Positions 21,427 to 30,253 of a stretch of 33,317 bases of DNA are shown one piece after another (position 1 is the first letter of the stretch; every line of letters begins with the position of its first letter). The notes under the pieces were generated by a model. The model worked only from the letters and a program-made list of their open reading frames with translations. It did no database searches and had not been told where the DNA came from. This DNA is from Eubacteriales bacterium. GTDB taxonomy: Bacteria > Bacillota > Clostridia > Oscillospirales > RGIG5299. Position numbers and translations under genes: made by a program. The DNA lies in assembly GCA_045648325.1 (NCBI GenBank), contig JAZRNU010000097.1:1-33317 (forward strand), given 5' to 3'.

Positions 21427-23424
21427 TACGTTAAATTGTCGCAAAATTGCCTCGCAGTCCGATTCGCTTTCGGCCACCGCCGTAACCGTTATTTCGGGCA
21501 AGGACGTGCTTTCCGAAACGAAGATCCCGCCTTTTTCAGTCTGAAAAAAGGTCGGCACCGCCGTTTTTATTTCCGATGCCGCCTCGGTGCTGTAAAGTCT
21601 TACAAGTGCCCTTCTGCTTTGCGAAAGCGAAAGAGTTACCGAGCGGCGCACGCATCGCGGCATTGCGGCAACAAGCTCAAAAAGCGGCTTTTTCGTTTTC
21701 TTAACCGCCTTTGCAATTACGGAAATGCAAAACGCCGCATCGAGAAACGCTGTTGCCTTTCTCATATCCTTCTTGTTTTCCTTTGCCACCCTCACTATCC
21801 TTCCGCCCGTGGCATTTTCAATTATTTTATCTGCAAGAGGGTAATTTTCGGGAAGATAAAGCTTTTCATAAACAAGAAGCGCCGCAAATGCCGAAAGTAC
21901 GGCAGTGTGTTCCTCCGAAAGATAAACCCCTCTCTCGTCGGTAAGCGAAAAAGCGTCGCCGCCGTCGTTTACAAAAAAGCTTATATACTCGTCCTCGGTG
22001 CAATTTATCACCTTTTTGCAGTAAATCTCCGTAAGAAGCAGGTTTTCAGAGGAAATATTTGCGGTAAAGCCCTTTTCAGAAATAAGCGAAAGCTCCTCGC
22101 CGTAAAGCTCCTTAACTCCCAGAAGCTCAATTTTTCTTCCAAAGACCTTGTTTTCTCCCTCGGCAATCGCCTTTGGAAAAGAATCGTATCCGAGTGTGTC
22201 GCAAAAAACAACACCCTCCTTTTGAAAAAAGGCTCCGCTGTCACAGCCGTATCTGCTTGCGGCAAACCTCCACACCGACCTCGGAAGCCCTCTTAACGTC
22301 ATAACGTCTGCCCCCGAAAGAAGTGCGCCGCTAATAAAAAGCTCTGCCGCCTTTTCAGCCTCGTCATCCTCCGAAATGCCAACCATCACCCTTTTTGCCG
22401 CTCTGCCTATTCGTTTTCCCGCCTCGTGCGCCCTTTCGCCCAAAAGACCGTTTTCGTTTTCCTTTTTGCCAAGCGCCTTGAAATCAGCTATAACTGCTTT
22501 TTTTCCTATCACCGCGCCGTCGGCAATTTCGGCATAAGCGCCTATTATCGCCTCCTCAACCCTCGCGCCTTTTCCAATTTCGGCATCGTCAAGAATTATA
22601 CTTCCCTTGATTACCGTGCCGTCACCAACCGTCACGTTATCGCAAATGACCGAATCGTTTATCTCGCACTCCTTGCCTCTTTTGAAATTCTTGCCAATCT
22701 GCATAATTCCTTTTCCGCCGTTTTTTTCATTATAATACTTTACCGCCTCCTTATAATCGGAAACGCTTTGTATTTTAATTATTTTCCTTTCCGCAAGGTG
22801 ACCGAAAACCGAGAAATTCGCTGCCGCCTCGGGTAAAAAGTCAAGCTCAAGGCTTTTTACACTTTTCTTTACCGATTTTTTCATTACGTCAGCCGAAATA
22901 ACCGCCGCGCCGCCGTAGGTGAAATCGGAATAAGAATAGTCAACCGACGGCGGAATAAAAACGCCCTCAATTTTGCAAAGTGAGGATAATGAAAATATCG
23001 GCTCACAGGGCTCGTTGCTTTCTCGCAGCAAAACCATACCGTCGGCAAAAAGCTCTCTTTTGGCCTCAAGCATTCCCGTTATGTCCTCCGCCTCAATGCA
23101 GCAGCAAGACGAAACTATTACAACGTCTTCGTTTTCATCACAAACCGCGCTTTCAAAAAACTCAAACAGAAATTCCTGTGCGCCGTATTTTCCGCTTGAA
23201 AGAAACGATAACATTTTTGCGTTTTTGTTATCAAGAATCTCCTTTCTTATCCCCTTGTCTGTTTCAGATATTACCGCAACCCTTTTTGCGCCCGCCTCAA
23301 CAAGTGCCGAAATCTGATGCGAAACAAGCGTTTTTGCCCCCATAACGTGAAGCGAAAGAGGCTTTACCCCCGTAACTGCCGCAATTCCTTTTTCTCTGCC
23401 CGTAACAACGATTACACCCGTCAT
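21424..23424 (-). CDS. Fusion protein: nucleotidyltransferase-like N-domain, left-handed beta-helix (hexapeptide) region and phosphoglucomutase/phosphomannomutase-like C-terminal half
   Basis: 666 aa. The N-terminus is NTP-transferase-like (GAKRVAVISE...). Hexapeptide repeats are present (VTVGDGTVIKGSIILDDAEIGKGARVEEAIIGAYAEIADGAVIGKKAVI). The PGM/PMM-like region lacks a recognisable TASHNP loop. Confidence 0.6.
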   Translation of the reverse strand: MTGVIVVTGREKGIAAVTGVKPLSLHVMGAKTLVSHQISALVEAGAKRVAVISETDKGIRKEILDNKNAKMLSFLSSGKYGAQEFLFEFFESAVCDENEDVVIVSSCCCIEAEDITGMLEAKRELFADGMVLLRESNEPCEPIFSLSSLCKIEGVFIPPSVDYSYSDFTYGGAAVISADVMKKSVKKSVKSLELDFLPEAAANFSVFGHLAERKIIKIQSVSDYKEAVKYYNEKNGGKGIMQIGKNFKRGKECEINDSVICDNVTVGDGTVIKGSIILDDAEIGKGARVEEAIIGAYAEIADGAVIGKKAVIADFKALGKKENENGLLGERAHEAGKRIGRAAKRVMVGISEDDEAEKAAELFISGALLSGADVMTLRGLPRSVWRFAASRYGCDSGAFFQKEGVVFCDTLGYDSFPKAIAEGENKVFGRKIELLGVKELYGEELSLISEKGFTANISSENLLLTEIYCKKVINCTEDEYISFFVNDGGDAFSLTDERGVYLSEEHTAVLSAFAALLVYEKLYLPENYPLADKIIENATGGRIVRVAKENKKDMRKATAFLDAAFCISVIAKAVKKTKKPLFELVAAMPRCVRRSVTLSLSQSRRALVRLYSTEAASEIKTAVPTFFQTEKGGIFVSESTSLPEITVTAVAESESDCEAILRQFNV

Positions 23425-23484
23425 ATTTTCATCTCCGTTATTTTATAACGGTATTATTGACAAAAATGCGGCTTTTAAAACGAA

Positions 23485-23510
23485 AAATCCTCCGAAAGCT
23501 CGGAGGATTT
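23485..23510 (-). terminator. Intrinsic terminator of the PadR-DUF1700-DUF4097 operon
   Basis: AAATCCTCCGA / TCGGAGGATTT stem, followed on the minus strand by TTTTCGTTTT. Confidence 0.7.
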
Positions 23511-23515
23511 GTTGT

Positions 23516-24361
23516 TTAAGCTATTTTTATATCAATATTTCCGGTGCTTGCATATATCTTGCAGCTGCCGCCCTCGGAATTTTCAGGCACCCTTACCTTT
23601 CCCGTGCCACTTTTTGCATCAAATTGCTTGCCCGAAGCAAGACTGCCTCTTACGTCGCCCGTAGAGGTGTTTATCTCGATCTCGGTGGCATCAAACCGCT
23701 GAAGCAAAACGTCGCCCGTGCCGACCTCAACCTTTGCCTTTCCTTTAACCTCGGTGTCGTAAAGCGATACACTTCCCGTTGAAGCAAAGGCCGAAAGAGA
23801 GCCGATCTCCTCACTCCAAATAAAAACTTCGCCCGTAGTGGCTCTTAAATAAGCGTTTCCGCTAATCGCCGCTTTAAGGCTAATACCTCCCGTTGTGGTT
23901 TGTATTCCCGCGCTTTCAAAGGTAAGACCATTGGGAACGGTCACGTCGCCCGTGGTATTGTTAATCGCAAGCTTACCGTAGCTTCCCATAGGCAATACTA
24001 TCCTTACCGTTTGCTCTTTTAAGCTTATTCCGATATGCTCATACCACTTTCTCGTGTCTTTTACCTCAACGGTGAGGCTTCCGTCCGTTACAGTGACGGT
24101 GTGATGCAAATTCTTTTGCTCGGTAAAATACACCGTTGTTTTATCGTCCTTTGAAAGCTCGAATACAACGTTTGCCGTTTTGGTCCTTACAGTTATATTC
24201 TGATATTCCTCGGTTATTTCCAGCTGTTTTTCCTCGTATTCAAAGGTTGAAAGACCCGAAAAGTCCCAATTAAGTGCCGTCATGGCTCCGACAAAAACGG
24301 TGCCGCCCGCAATTATGAAGATCGCCGCAACGATAAGCCACGCTATTGTTCCTTTTTTCAT
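23516..24361 (-). CDS. DUF4097 beta-strand-repeat protein with N-terminal membrane anchor
   Basis: A TM helix is followed by eight T/S-G-x-V/I repeats (TTGDV, TTGGI, TTGEV, STGSV, GTGDV, STGDV, GTGKV, STGNI). Confidence 0.8.
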   Translation of the reverse strand: MKKGTIAWLIVAAIFIIAGGTVFVGAMTALNWDFSGLSTFEYEEKQLEITEEYQNITVRTKTANVVFELSKDDKTTVYFTEQKNLHHTVTVTDGSLTVEVKDTRKWYEHIGISLKEQTVRIVLPMGSYGKLAINNTTGDVTVPNGLTFESAGIQTTTGGISLKAAISGNAYLRATTGEVFIWSEEIGSLSAFASTGSVSLYDTEVKGKAKVEVGTGDVLLQRFDATEIEINTSTGDVRGSLASGKQFDAKSGTGKVRVPENSEGGSCKIYASTGNIDIKIA

Positions 24362-25005
24362 TTTGCTTCCTCCTTTGAAAAGAGCCTTTTAATGCCCTTA
24401 AACACGGCCTTGGTCAAAAATGCCGTTCCCTTCGTAACGGCGTTTATGCAGATAATAAGCACTATTGAAACGCCTATGAGCAAAAGGCTTGCTCCGACGG
24501 TTGCCGCCCCTGCGGCGCCGTAGCCAAAGGCCGCAAAGCCCGCGCCCGCTATAATTCCCACCACGCCGACTACGAGTGCAGAGCCAAAAGCCGCCCAGAG
24601 GGAAACGATCACCGACCACAGTGCAACGTAAGCCGATATTGCCGCAGAAATAACGGCAATCGCAACCGAAAGCCAAACGGGCGCGCTGACAATGAGAAGA
24701 GCTATCATCCACGGGCTTATTTTCTTCTTTTTCTCCGTTTCATCCGTTTCCGCGGCAGCAACGGGAAGAGCTTTCTCCTTGGGACTTTCTTCCTCCTTCG
24801 TTTCCGCCTCAGCTTCCTCCGATGCCGCAATGTCCCCGATTTCATCAATGGGGCCGACTGCCAAAACCGCCTCCTCCTCCGAAAGCCCTTCCTCCATTCT
24901 GTCCTCGATCATTTCGCTGTAAAAGTTCAGTCGCTCTATCTTTTCTTCCTTCGGAAGCCTTGAAAGCTTTTCGGAAAGCTCCAAAAGAAATTCCATTTTA
25001 GTCAT
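24358..25005 (-). CDS. DUF1700 membrane protein
   Basis: The start is taken at MTKMEFLLELSEKLSRLPKEEK (ATG 25005, GGGGGAT ribosome binding site, overlapping the PadR stop). An acidic linker is followed by a cluster of TM helices. Confidence 0.75.
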   Translation of the reverse strand: MTKMEFLLELSEKLSRLPKEEKIERLNFYSEMIEDRMEEGLSEEEAVLAVGPIDEIGDIAASEEAEAETKEEESPKEKALPVAAAETDETEKKKKISPWMIALLIVSAPVWLSVAIAVISAAISAYVALWSVIVSLWAAFGSALVVGVVGIIAGAGFAAFGYGAAGAATVGASLLLIGVSIVLIICINAVTKGTAFLTKAVFKGIKRLFSKEEAK

Positions 25006-25318
25006 TTCCGTTATCCCCCTTCGCCACAAAGGTATAAATTCTCATTATCTCTTCCCACTCCGCCTTGAATTCCTCAATTCGCTTTATTCCCGCTTCGGTT
25101 ATGCGGTAATATTTTCTTAGCCTTCCGCCGTGCTCGGCGGTTCTCACCGTGAGAAGCTCTGCCGTTTCAAGCCTTTTTAAAATGGTATAAAGGGTTGACT
25201 CCGAAAGCTCTATAAACGGCTTCAGGTCCTTTATTATTTTGTATCCGTAGGAATCCTCGGTTTTTATTGATGCAAGAACGCAAACGTCCAAAAGACCGCG
25301 TTTTAACTGCACGTCCAT
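24998..25318 (-). CDS. PadR family transcriptional regulator
   Basis: 106 aa. GLLDVCVLASIKTEDSYGYKIIKDL...STLYTILKRLE...RKYYRITEAG is the PadR winged-helix signature. Confidence 0.88.
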   Translation of the reverse strand: MDVQLKRGLLDVCVLASIKTEDSYGYKIIKDLKPFIELSESTLYTILKRLETAELLTVRTAEHGGRLRKYYRITEAGIKRIEEFKAEWEEIMRIYTFVAKGDNGND

Positions 25319-25342
25319 ACAATACCTCTCCTTTCGTAATAT

Positions 25343-25371
25343 ATCATATCACGAAGTATTGCTTTTGTCAA
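25343..25371 (-). promoter_or_regulatory. sigma-A promoter of the PadR operon
   Basis: On the minus strand: TTGACA (25366-25371), 17 nt, TATGAT (25343-25348). Confidence 0.55.
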
Positions 25372-25381
25372 TAGGCAAAAT

Positions 25382-25414
25382 AAAAAAACGGCGGAAAAAT
25401 TTCCGCCGTTTTAC
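25382..25414 (-). terminator. Intrinsic terminator after rex
   Basis: ACGGCGGAAA / TTTCCGCCGT stem, flanked by an A7 run and a T4 run. On the minus strand it is followed by TTTTTTT. Confidence 0.8.
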
Positions 25415-25420
25415 CCGTTT

Positions 25421-26053
25421 TTATTCTTCCTCGTTTATTTCTCTTAAGCTGTAGGTAAGAAGCATAAGGCTGTCTGCCAGATGAACGTTCTCAACCGCAA
25501 CGCCCTTCGTTGCCTGAATTTCGGCATTTGTAAAATTCCAAAATCCCTTTACTCCGCAGCTTTTAAGCCGCTCAAACATTTCGTTTGCGTTTGCCTTTGA
25601 AAGGGTGAGCACTGCAATATCGGGACGGTGCTTTTCGCAAAAATCCTCAATTACGTCAATATCGGCAATTTTGTGCTGTCCGCAAAGCTTACCGATCTTC
25701 TCGGGATTCGAATCGAAGATTCCGAGTATCTTGACTCCGCGCTTCTGGAAGTTGATGTTGTTTACTATTGCGTGGCCAAGATTACCCACACCCACAACTA
25801 TTGCGGTAAAGTTTTCGTTAACGCCGAGGATCTGCGACATTTCCTGATTGAGATTTGGAACGCTGTAGCCGTAGCCCTGCTGACCGAAGCCGCCAAAGTG
25901 GTTAAAGTCCTGCCTTATCTGCGAGGCAGTAACGTCCATCAGCTCCGAAAGCTCCTTTGAGGAAACCTTGAGTTTATTCTGTTTGTAAAGCTCGTTTAAA
26001 TAACGAAAATATCGCGGTAATCTTCTTATTACCGAAAGCGGTACCTTTTTCAT
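25421..26053 (-). CDS. rex: Redox-sensing transcriptional repressor Rex
   Basis: 210 aa. The N-terminus RRLPRYFRYL...SSKELSELMDVTASQIRQDFNHFGGFGQQGYGY and the Rossmann segment VVGVGNLGHA are diagnostic. Confidence 0.92.
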   Translation of the reverse strand: MKKVPLSVIRRLPRYFRYLNELYKQNKLKVSSKELSELMDVTASQIRQDFNHFGGFGQQGYGYSVPNLNQEMSQILGVNENFTAIVVGVGNLGHAIVNNINFQKRGVKILGIFDSNPEKIGKLCGQHKIADIDVIEDFCEKHRPDIAVLTLSKANANEMFERLKSCGVKGFWNFTNAEIQATKGVAVENVHLADSLMLLTYSLREINEEE

Positions 26054-26078
26054 TATATAAGGTCTCCCCGAAAAAAAA

Positions 26079-27242
26079 TTAAAGCTTCGATACGGTTTCC
26101 ATTACGTATTTGCCAAACTCTGCGCAGGTTGCACCGGTATCTCTTCCGGTGATTTCAAGCTTCTTTTCCTCAAACATACAAATATCAAGAGCTCTTTCAA
26201 GCTTGTCTGCCTTGTCCTGATATCCGATGTGTGAAAGAAGCATTACAGATGCGCGGAGCATCGAGCAGGGGTCTGCATAAATATCTCTGCCCTCTTCGAC
26301 CATTCTGGGTGCAGAGCCGTGAATTGCCTCAAACATTGCATAGCGCTTACCGAGGTTTGCGCTGCCTGCGGTGCCAACGCCGCCCTGGAATTCGGCAGCC
26401 TCGTCGGTGATGATATCTCCGTAAAGGTTGGGAAGCACGAATACCTTAAAGTCTTTTCTGCGCTTTTCATCTATAAGCTTTGCAGTGGTAATATCAATAT
26501 ACCATGCATCGGTTACGATCTCGGGATATTCCTCGCCAATCTTCTTGCAAAGATTCAAGAACTTACCGTCGGTGGTCTTAATAACGTTTGCCTTGGTGAT
26601 AACCGAAACCTTGCCCTTTTTGTTTTTTCTTGCATAATCGTATGCAAGACGTGCAATTCTCTCGGTGCCCTCGGTTGTGGTAACCTTGAAGTCAAAGGAG
26701 ATCTCGTCGTTTACCTGAACGCCCTTTGAGCCGAGTGCGTATTCACCCTCGGTATTTTCACGGAAGAAGGTCCAGTCAATGCCCTTTTCGGGAACCTTAA
26801 CGGGACGTACGTTTGCAAAAAGGTCAAGAGCCTTTCTCATTGCAACGTTTGCCGATTCGATGTTGGGATATTTTCCGCCTGCCTCGGGAGTAGTGGTGGG
26901 GCCTTTAAGAATAACGTGGCAGGACTTTAACTCCTCAAGCACGTCATCGGGAATAGCCTTCATAACCTTAACTCTGTTTTCGATGGTAAGACCGTCGATA
27001 TCCTTAAAGGTTACCTTGCCCGACTTCACCTCGTCTGCAAGAAGGAATTTAAGCACGTTTGCGCTTTCCTTTGTGATCATGGGACCGATTCCGTCGCCTC
27101 CGCAAACGCCGATAACTATGGTATCGAGCTTTTCGTAATCAACAAAATCACGGGTTTCCTTCATCTTCTCGTTTCTCTCAAGCTGAGAGCGGATAACCTC
27201 TTCAAATTTGGCTGCTGCCGCTTTAATTTCTGCCTCGTACAT
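26079..27242 (-). CDS. icd: Isocitrate/isopropylmalate dehydrogenase family enzyme, probably isocitrate dehydrogenase
   Basis: 387 aa. NLYGDIITDEAAEFQGGVGTAGSANLG is the family signature. The start is 1 nt from the aconitase stop, which argues for IDH. Confidence 0.75.
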   Translation of the reverse strand: MYEAEIKAAAAKFEEVIRSQLERNEKMKETRDFVDYEKLDTIVIGVCGGDGIGPMITKESANVLKFLLADEVKSGKVTFKDIDGLTIENRVKVMKAIPDDVLEELKSCHVILKGPTTTPEAGGKYPNIESANVAMRKALDLFANVRPVKVPEKGIDWTFFRENTEGEYALGSKGVQVNDEISFDFKVTTTEGTERIARLAYDYARKNKKGKVSVITKANVIKTTDGKFLNLCKKIGEEYPEIVTDAWYIDITTAKLIDEKRRKDFKVFVLPNLYGDIITDEAAEFQGGVGTAGSANLGKRYAMFEAIHGSAPRMVEEGRDIYADPCSMLRASVMLLSHIGYQDKADKLERALDICMFEEKKLEITGRDTGATCAEFGKYVMETVSKL

Positions 27243-27243
27243 T

Positions 27244-29163
27244 TCAGTTGTTTCCTTTCATCATATTTATAAGTCCGCCCGAAAGAAGCATATTAAGCTG
27301 CTTTTCGGAGAAGTCTGCCTTTAAAGTAAACTCAAAGCCGCCCGTTACGTTCTTGACGGTGATCTTGCCGCTTGCAAGCTGAGTTCTTGCATCTTCAATT
27401 CTCAAAACGTCGTTCTGATTTATCTTTTCGTAATCTGCGCTATCCTCAAAAACAAGGGGCATAATTCCCGAGTTTATGAGGTTTGCTGCGTGAATTCTTG
27501 CAAACGAAACCGCCATAACCGCCTTTATGCCAAGATAAAGGGGAACGAGCGCCGCATGCTCTCTTGAAGATCCCTGACCGTAGTTTGCGCCGCCTATGAT
27601 AAAGCCGCCGCCCTCTGCCTTTGCTCTTTCGGGGAATGAGGGATCGCAAACCTCAAAGCAATACTGCGAAAGGTGAGGAATGTTTGAGCGGTAAGGAAGA
27701 ATTTTACTTCCCGCAGGCATAATATGGTCGGTGGTAATGTTGTCGCCAACCTTCAAAACCGCCTTCTTCTCAATTGTTTCGGGAAGATTTTCGTTTAAGG
27801 GGAAGGGCTTTATGTTGGGGCCGCGAAGAACCTCAACCTCTTCTCCTACGGGTGCAGGTGCGTCAACCATATTGTCGTTTATTAAAAATTCGTTGGGAAT
27901 TTTTATTTCAGGGAAATCAAAGCCTGCCTCTGTAGGATCGGTAAGAACGCCCGTTATTGCGGAAACCGCCGCCGTTTCGGGTGAAACGAGATATATTTTG
28001 CCGTCCTTCGTGCCGCTTCTTCCCTCAAAGTTTCTGTTAAAGGTACGAAGCGAAACGCCGGCAGAATTGGGTGACTGTCCCATTCCTATACAAGGACCGC
28101 AAGCGCATTCAAGCACTCTTGCGCCTGCCGCAATAATGTCGGCAAGAGCGCCGTTTTCGGCAAGCATGGTAAATACCTGCTTCGAGCCGGGAGAAACGGT
28201 AAGCGAAACGCCCTCAGCAACGGTGTTGCCCTTAAGGATTGCCGCAACTCTCATAAGGTCAAGATAAGAGGAGTTGGTGCAGGAGCCTATGCAGACCTGA
28301 TCTATTTTGATTTTGCCGATATTTTTTACCTCGTCAACGTTGTCGGGCATGTGAGGCTTTGCAGCCAAGGGAGAAAGAGCCGAAAGGTCAACGGTAATCT
28401 CCTTATCGTAGGTTGCATCGTCGTCTGCCTTTATCTCAACGTAATCCTCTTCTCTGCCCTCAGCCTTCAAGAATGCTCTTGTAATTTCATCAGAGGGAAA
28501 AACCGAGGTGGTTGCGCCAAGCTCGGCGCCCATGTTGGTAATGGTTGCTCTTTCGGGAACGGAAAGGGATAAAACGCCCTCGCCGCCGTATTCGATAATG
28601 GAGCCAACGCCGCCCTTAACAGAGAGAATGCGAAGAACCTCCAAAATAACGTCCTTTGCCGAAACGAAGGGACGGAGCTTTCCAATAAGGTTTACCTTAA
28701 TAACCTTGGGCATAGTGATGTTGTAAGCACCGCCGCCCATTGCCACTGCAACGTCAAGACCGCCTGCGCCCATTGCAAGCATACCGATACCGCCGCCGGT
28801 GGGAGTGTGCGAGTCGGAGCCGAGAAGTGTTTTTCCGGGCTTTCCGAATCTCTCAAGATGCACCTGATGGCAGATGCCGTTGCCGGGTCTTGAATAGTAA
28901 ACGCCGTGCTTTTTGCAAACGGTTCTTATGTAGTTATGGTCGTCGGCATTCATAAAGCCCGACTGAAGAGTGTTATGGTCGATATAAGCAACCGATTTTT
29001 CGGTTTTATCTCTGTCTATCCCCATTGCCTCAAACTGCAGATACGCCATCGTTCCGGTAGCATCCTGCGTTAAGGTCTGGTCGATTTTAAGGCCTATCTC
29101 GGTGCCCTTTATCATTTCGCCCTTCACCAAGTGGCTTTTTATAAGTTTTTCGGCTATGTTCAT
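27244..29163 (-). CDS. Aconitate hydratase (~640-aa type)
   Basis: Fe-S cluster ligand motifs GSDSHT, CIGSCTNSS and CGPCIGMG, plus the swivel-domain GANYGQGSSREHAAL. Confidence 0.9.
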   Translation of the reverse strand: MNIAEKLIKSHLVKGEMIKGTEIGLKIDQTLTQDATGTMAYLQFEAMGIDRDKTEKSVAYIDHNTLQSGFMNADDHNYIRTVCKKHGVYYSRPGNGICHQVHLERFGKPGKTLLGSDSHTPTGGGIGMLAMGAGGLDVAVAMGGGAYNITMPKVIKVNLIGKLRPFVSAKDVILEVLRILSVKGGVGSIIEYGGEGVLSLSVPERATITNMGAELGATTSVFPSDEITRAFLKAEGREEDYVEIKADDDATYDKEITVDLSALSPLAAKPHMPDNVDEVKNIGKIKIDQVCIGSCTNSSYLDLMRVAAILKGNTVAEGVSLTVSPGSKQVFTMLAENGALADIIAAGARVLECACGPCIGMGQSPNSAGVSLRTFNRNFEGRSGTKDGKIYLVSPETAAVSAITGVLTDPTEAGFDFPEIKIPNEFLINDNMVDAPAPVGEEVEVLRGPNIKPFPLNENLPETIEKKAVLKVGDNITTDHIMPAGSKILPYRSNIPHLSQYCFEVCDPSFPERAKAEGGGFIIGGANYGQGSSREHAALVPLYLGIKAVMAVSFARIHAANLINSGIMPLVFEDSADYEKINQNDVLRIEDARTQLASGKITVKNVTGGFEFTLKADFSEKQLNMLLSGGLINMMKGNN

Positions 29164-29202
29164 CGTGTTTATTGCCCCCGTGTATAATTATTCTAATAAA
29201 AT

Positions 29203-29231
29203 ATTATAATATATTACGTTTATTTTGTCAA
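29203..29231 (-). promoter_or_regulatory. Consensus sigma-A promoter of the aconitase-icd-rex operon
   Basis: On the minus strand: TTGACA (29226-29231), 17 nt, TATAAT (29203-29208). Confidence 0.65.
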
Positions 29232-29263
29232 TTAAATATCCCACTCTTTCTGTTAAATTCCTG

Positions 29264-29292
29264 TTGCATTTTTGTTTTTTTTGTGTTATAAT
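29264..29292 (+). promoter_or_regulatory. sigma-A promoter of the sugar isomerase gene
   Basis: TTGCAT (29264-29269), 17 nt, TGT-TATAAT extended -10 (hexamer at 29287-29292). Confidence 0.6.
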
Positions 29293-29322
29293 CTAAATAT
29301 ACATTAATAAGAAGGTGCAATT

Positions 29323-30156
29323 ATGAAAAAATTTAAGGTTGGTCTTCAGCTTTTCTCCATAAGCGGCGATATGCATGCAGATATGGATAAAGCTCTTTAC
29401 GAGGTCAAAAAAGCAGGCTACGATTACGTTGAGTTTGCGGGATATTTCGGAAAAACCGCAGACGAAATAAAGGCTTTGCTTGACAAACACGAGCTTGAAT
29501 GTCACTCGGTCCATCAGAATATATCACTTTTCCTTGAGGAGGGTCAGAGCGCGGTTGATTTCATCAAGACTTTCGGAGTCAAATATTGCGGTGTTCCCCA
29601 CTACGCCAAGGATAAGCTCGCAGGCACTCCCGAATGGGCTGAAACCGTTGAGAGATTTACCGCTATCGGAAAGCTGATGAGAGAAAACGGCATTCAGCTT
29701 ATTTATCACAACCACGATTTTGAGTTTGAAAAATTTGAGGATAAATATCTTTTCGACCACATCTTCGACAGCGTAAAGGACGACCTCATAATCCCCGAGC
29801 TTGACGTTGCATGGGTGACCTACGGCGGCGAGGACCCCGTTGAATATCTTGTGAAATATTCCGGCAAGGTTCCCGTTTTGCACCTTAAGGACTTTTCCGC
29901 AAAATTCTTCAAGGGCGGCCCCGTTTACGGTCTTATAGACAAAGACGGCAACGAAATGAAGGCCGACAAGGCTGTTGACAACGAGTTCAAATTTGAGGCA
30001 CTCGGAAACGGCGTTGTTAAGCTTCCCGAAATCCTCGAAACCGCTTCTAAAGCAGGCACCGAATATCTTATCGTTGAGCGTGACGTTTCTCACGATATGA
30101 CTCCCCTTGAAAGCGCTCGCGTTTCAAGAGAATATCTCAGATCTCTCGGAATATAA
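29323..30156 (+). CDS. Sugar phosphate isomerase/epimerase (xylose-isomerase-like TIM barrel)
   Basis: 277 aa. The MKKFKVGLQLFSI N-terminus and HNHDFEFE / LHLKD / IVERD metal-site-type motifs are typical of the AP_endonuc_2 family. Confidence 0.75.
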   Translation: MKKFKVGLQLFSISGDMHADMDKALYEVKKAGYDYVEFAGYFGKTADEIKALLDKHELECHSVHQNISLFLEEGQSAVDFIKTFGVKYCGVPHYAKDKLAGTPEWAETVERFTAIGKLMRENGIQLIYHNHDFEFEKFEDKYLFDHIFDSVKDDLIIPELDVAWVTYGGEDPVEYLVKYSGKVPVLHLKDFSAKFFKGGPVYGLIDKDGNEMKADKAVDNEFKFEALGNGVVKLPEILETASKAGTEYLIVERDVSHDMTPLESARVSREYLRSLGI

Positions 30157-30165
30157 AATTAACTT

Positions 30166-30194
30166 AAAAAGCAGGCTTTGCCTGCTTTTTATTT
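30166..30194 (+). terminator. Intrinsic terminator after the isomerase gene
   Basis: AAAAAGCAGGC, TTT loop, GCCTGCTTTTT. Confidence 0.7.
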
Positions 30195-30253
30195 GCATTT
30201 TCCCCTTTACTGTGGTATACTTTTATATATCAACGTTAAAAAGGAGCTTTATT

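Noticed and set aside
21436-22296. 286-aa plus-strand ORF (and others at 22426-22836 and 22973-23345) opposite the 666-aa fusion gene
   Set aside because: The translations are Arg/Lys/Phe-rich nonsense-type sequences that lie entirely within a longer coherent minus-strand ORF.
30107-30253. N-terminal 49-codon extension of the MFS transporter ORF
   Set aside because: The extension reads through the isomerase 3' end and the terminator at 30166-30194. The ATG at 30254 has a proper AAAAGGAG ribosome binding site. Similar trimming was applied to the track starts at 8804, 18019, 25029, 1468, 3168 and 14000.
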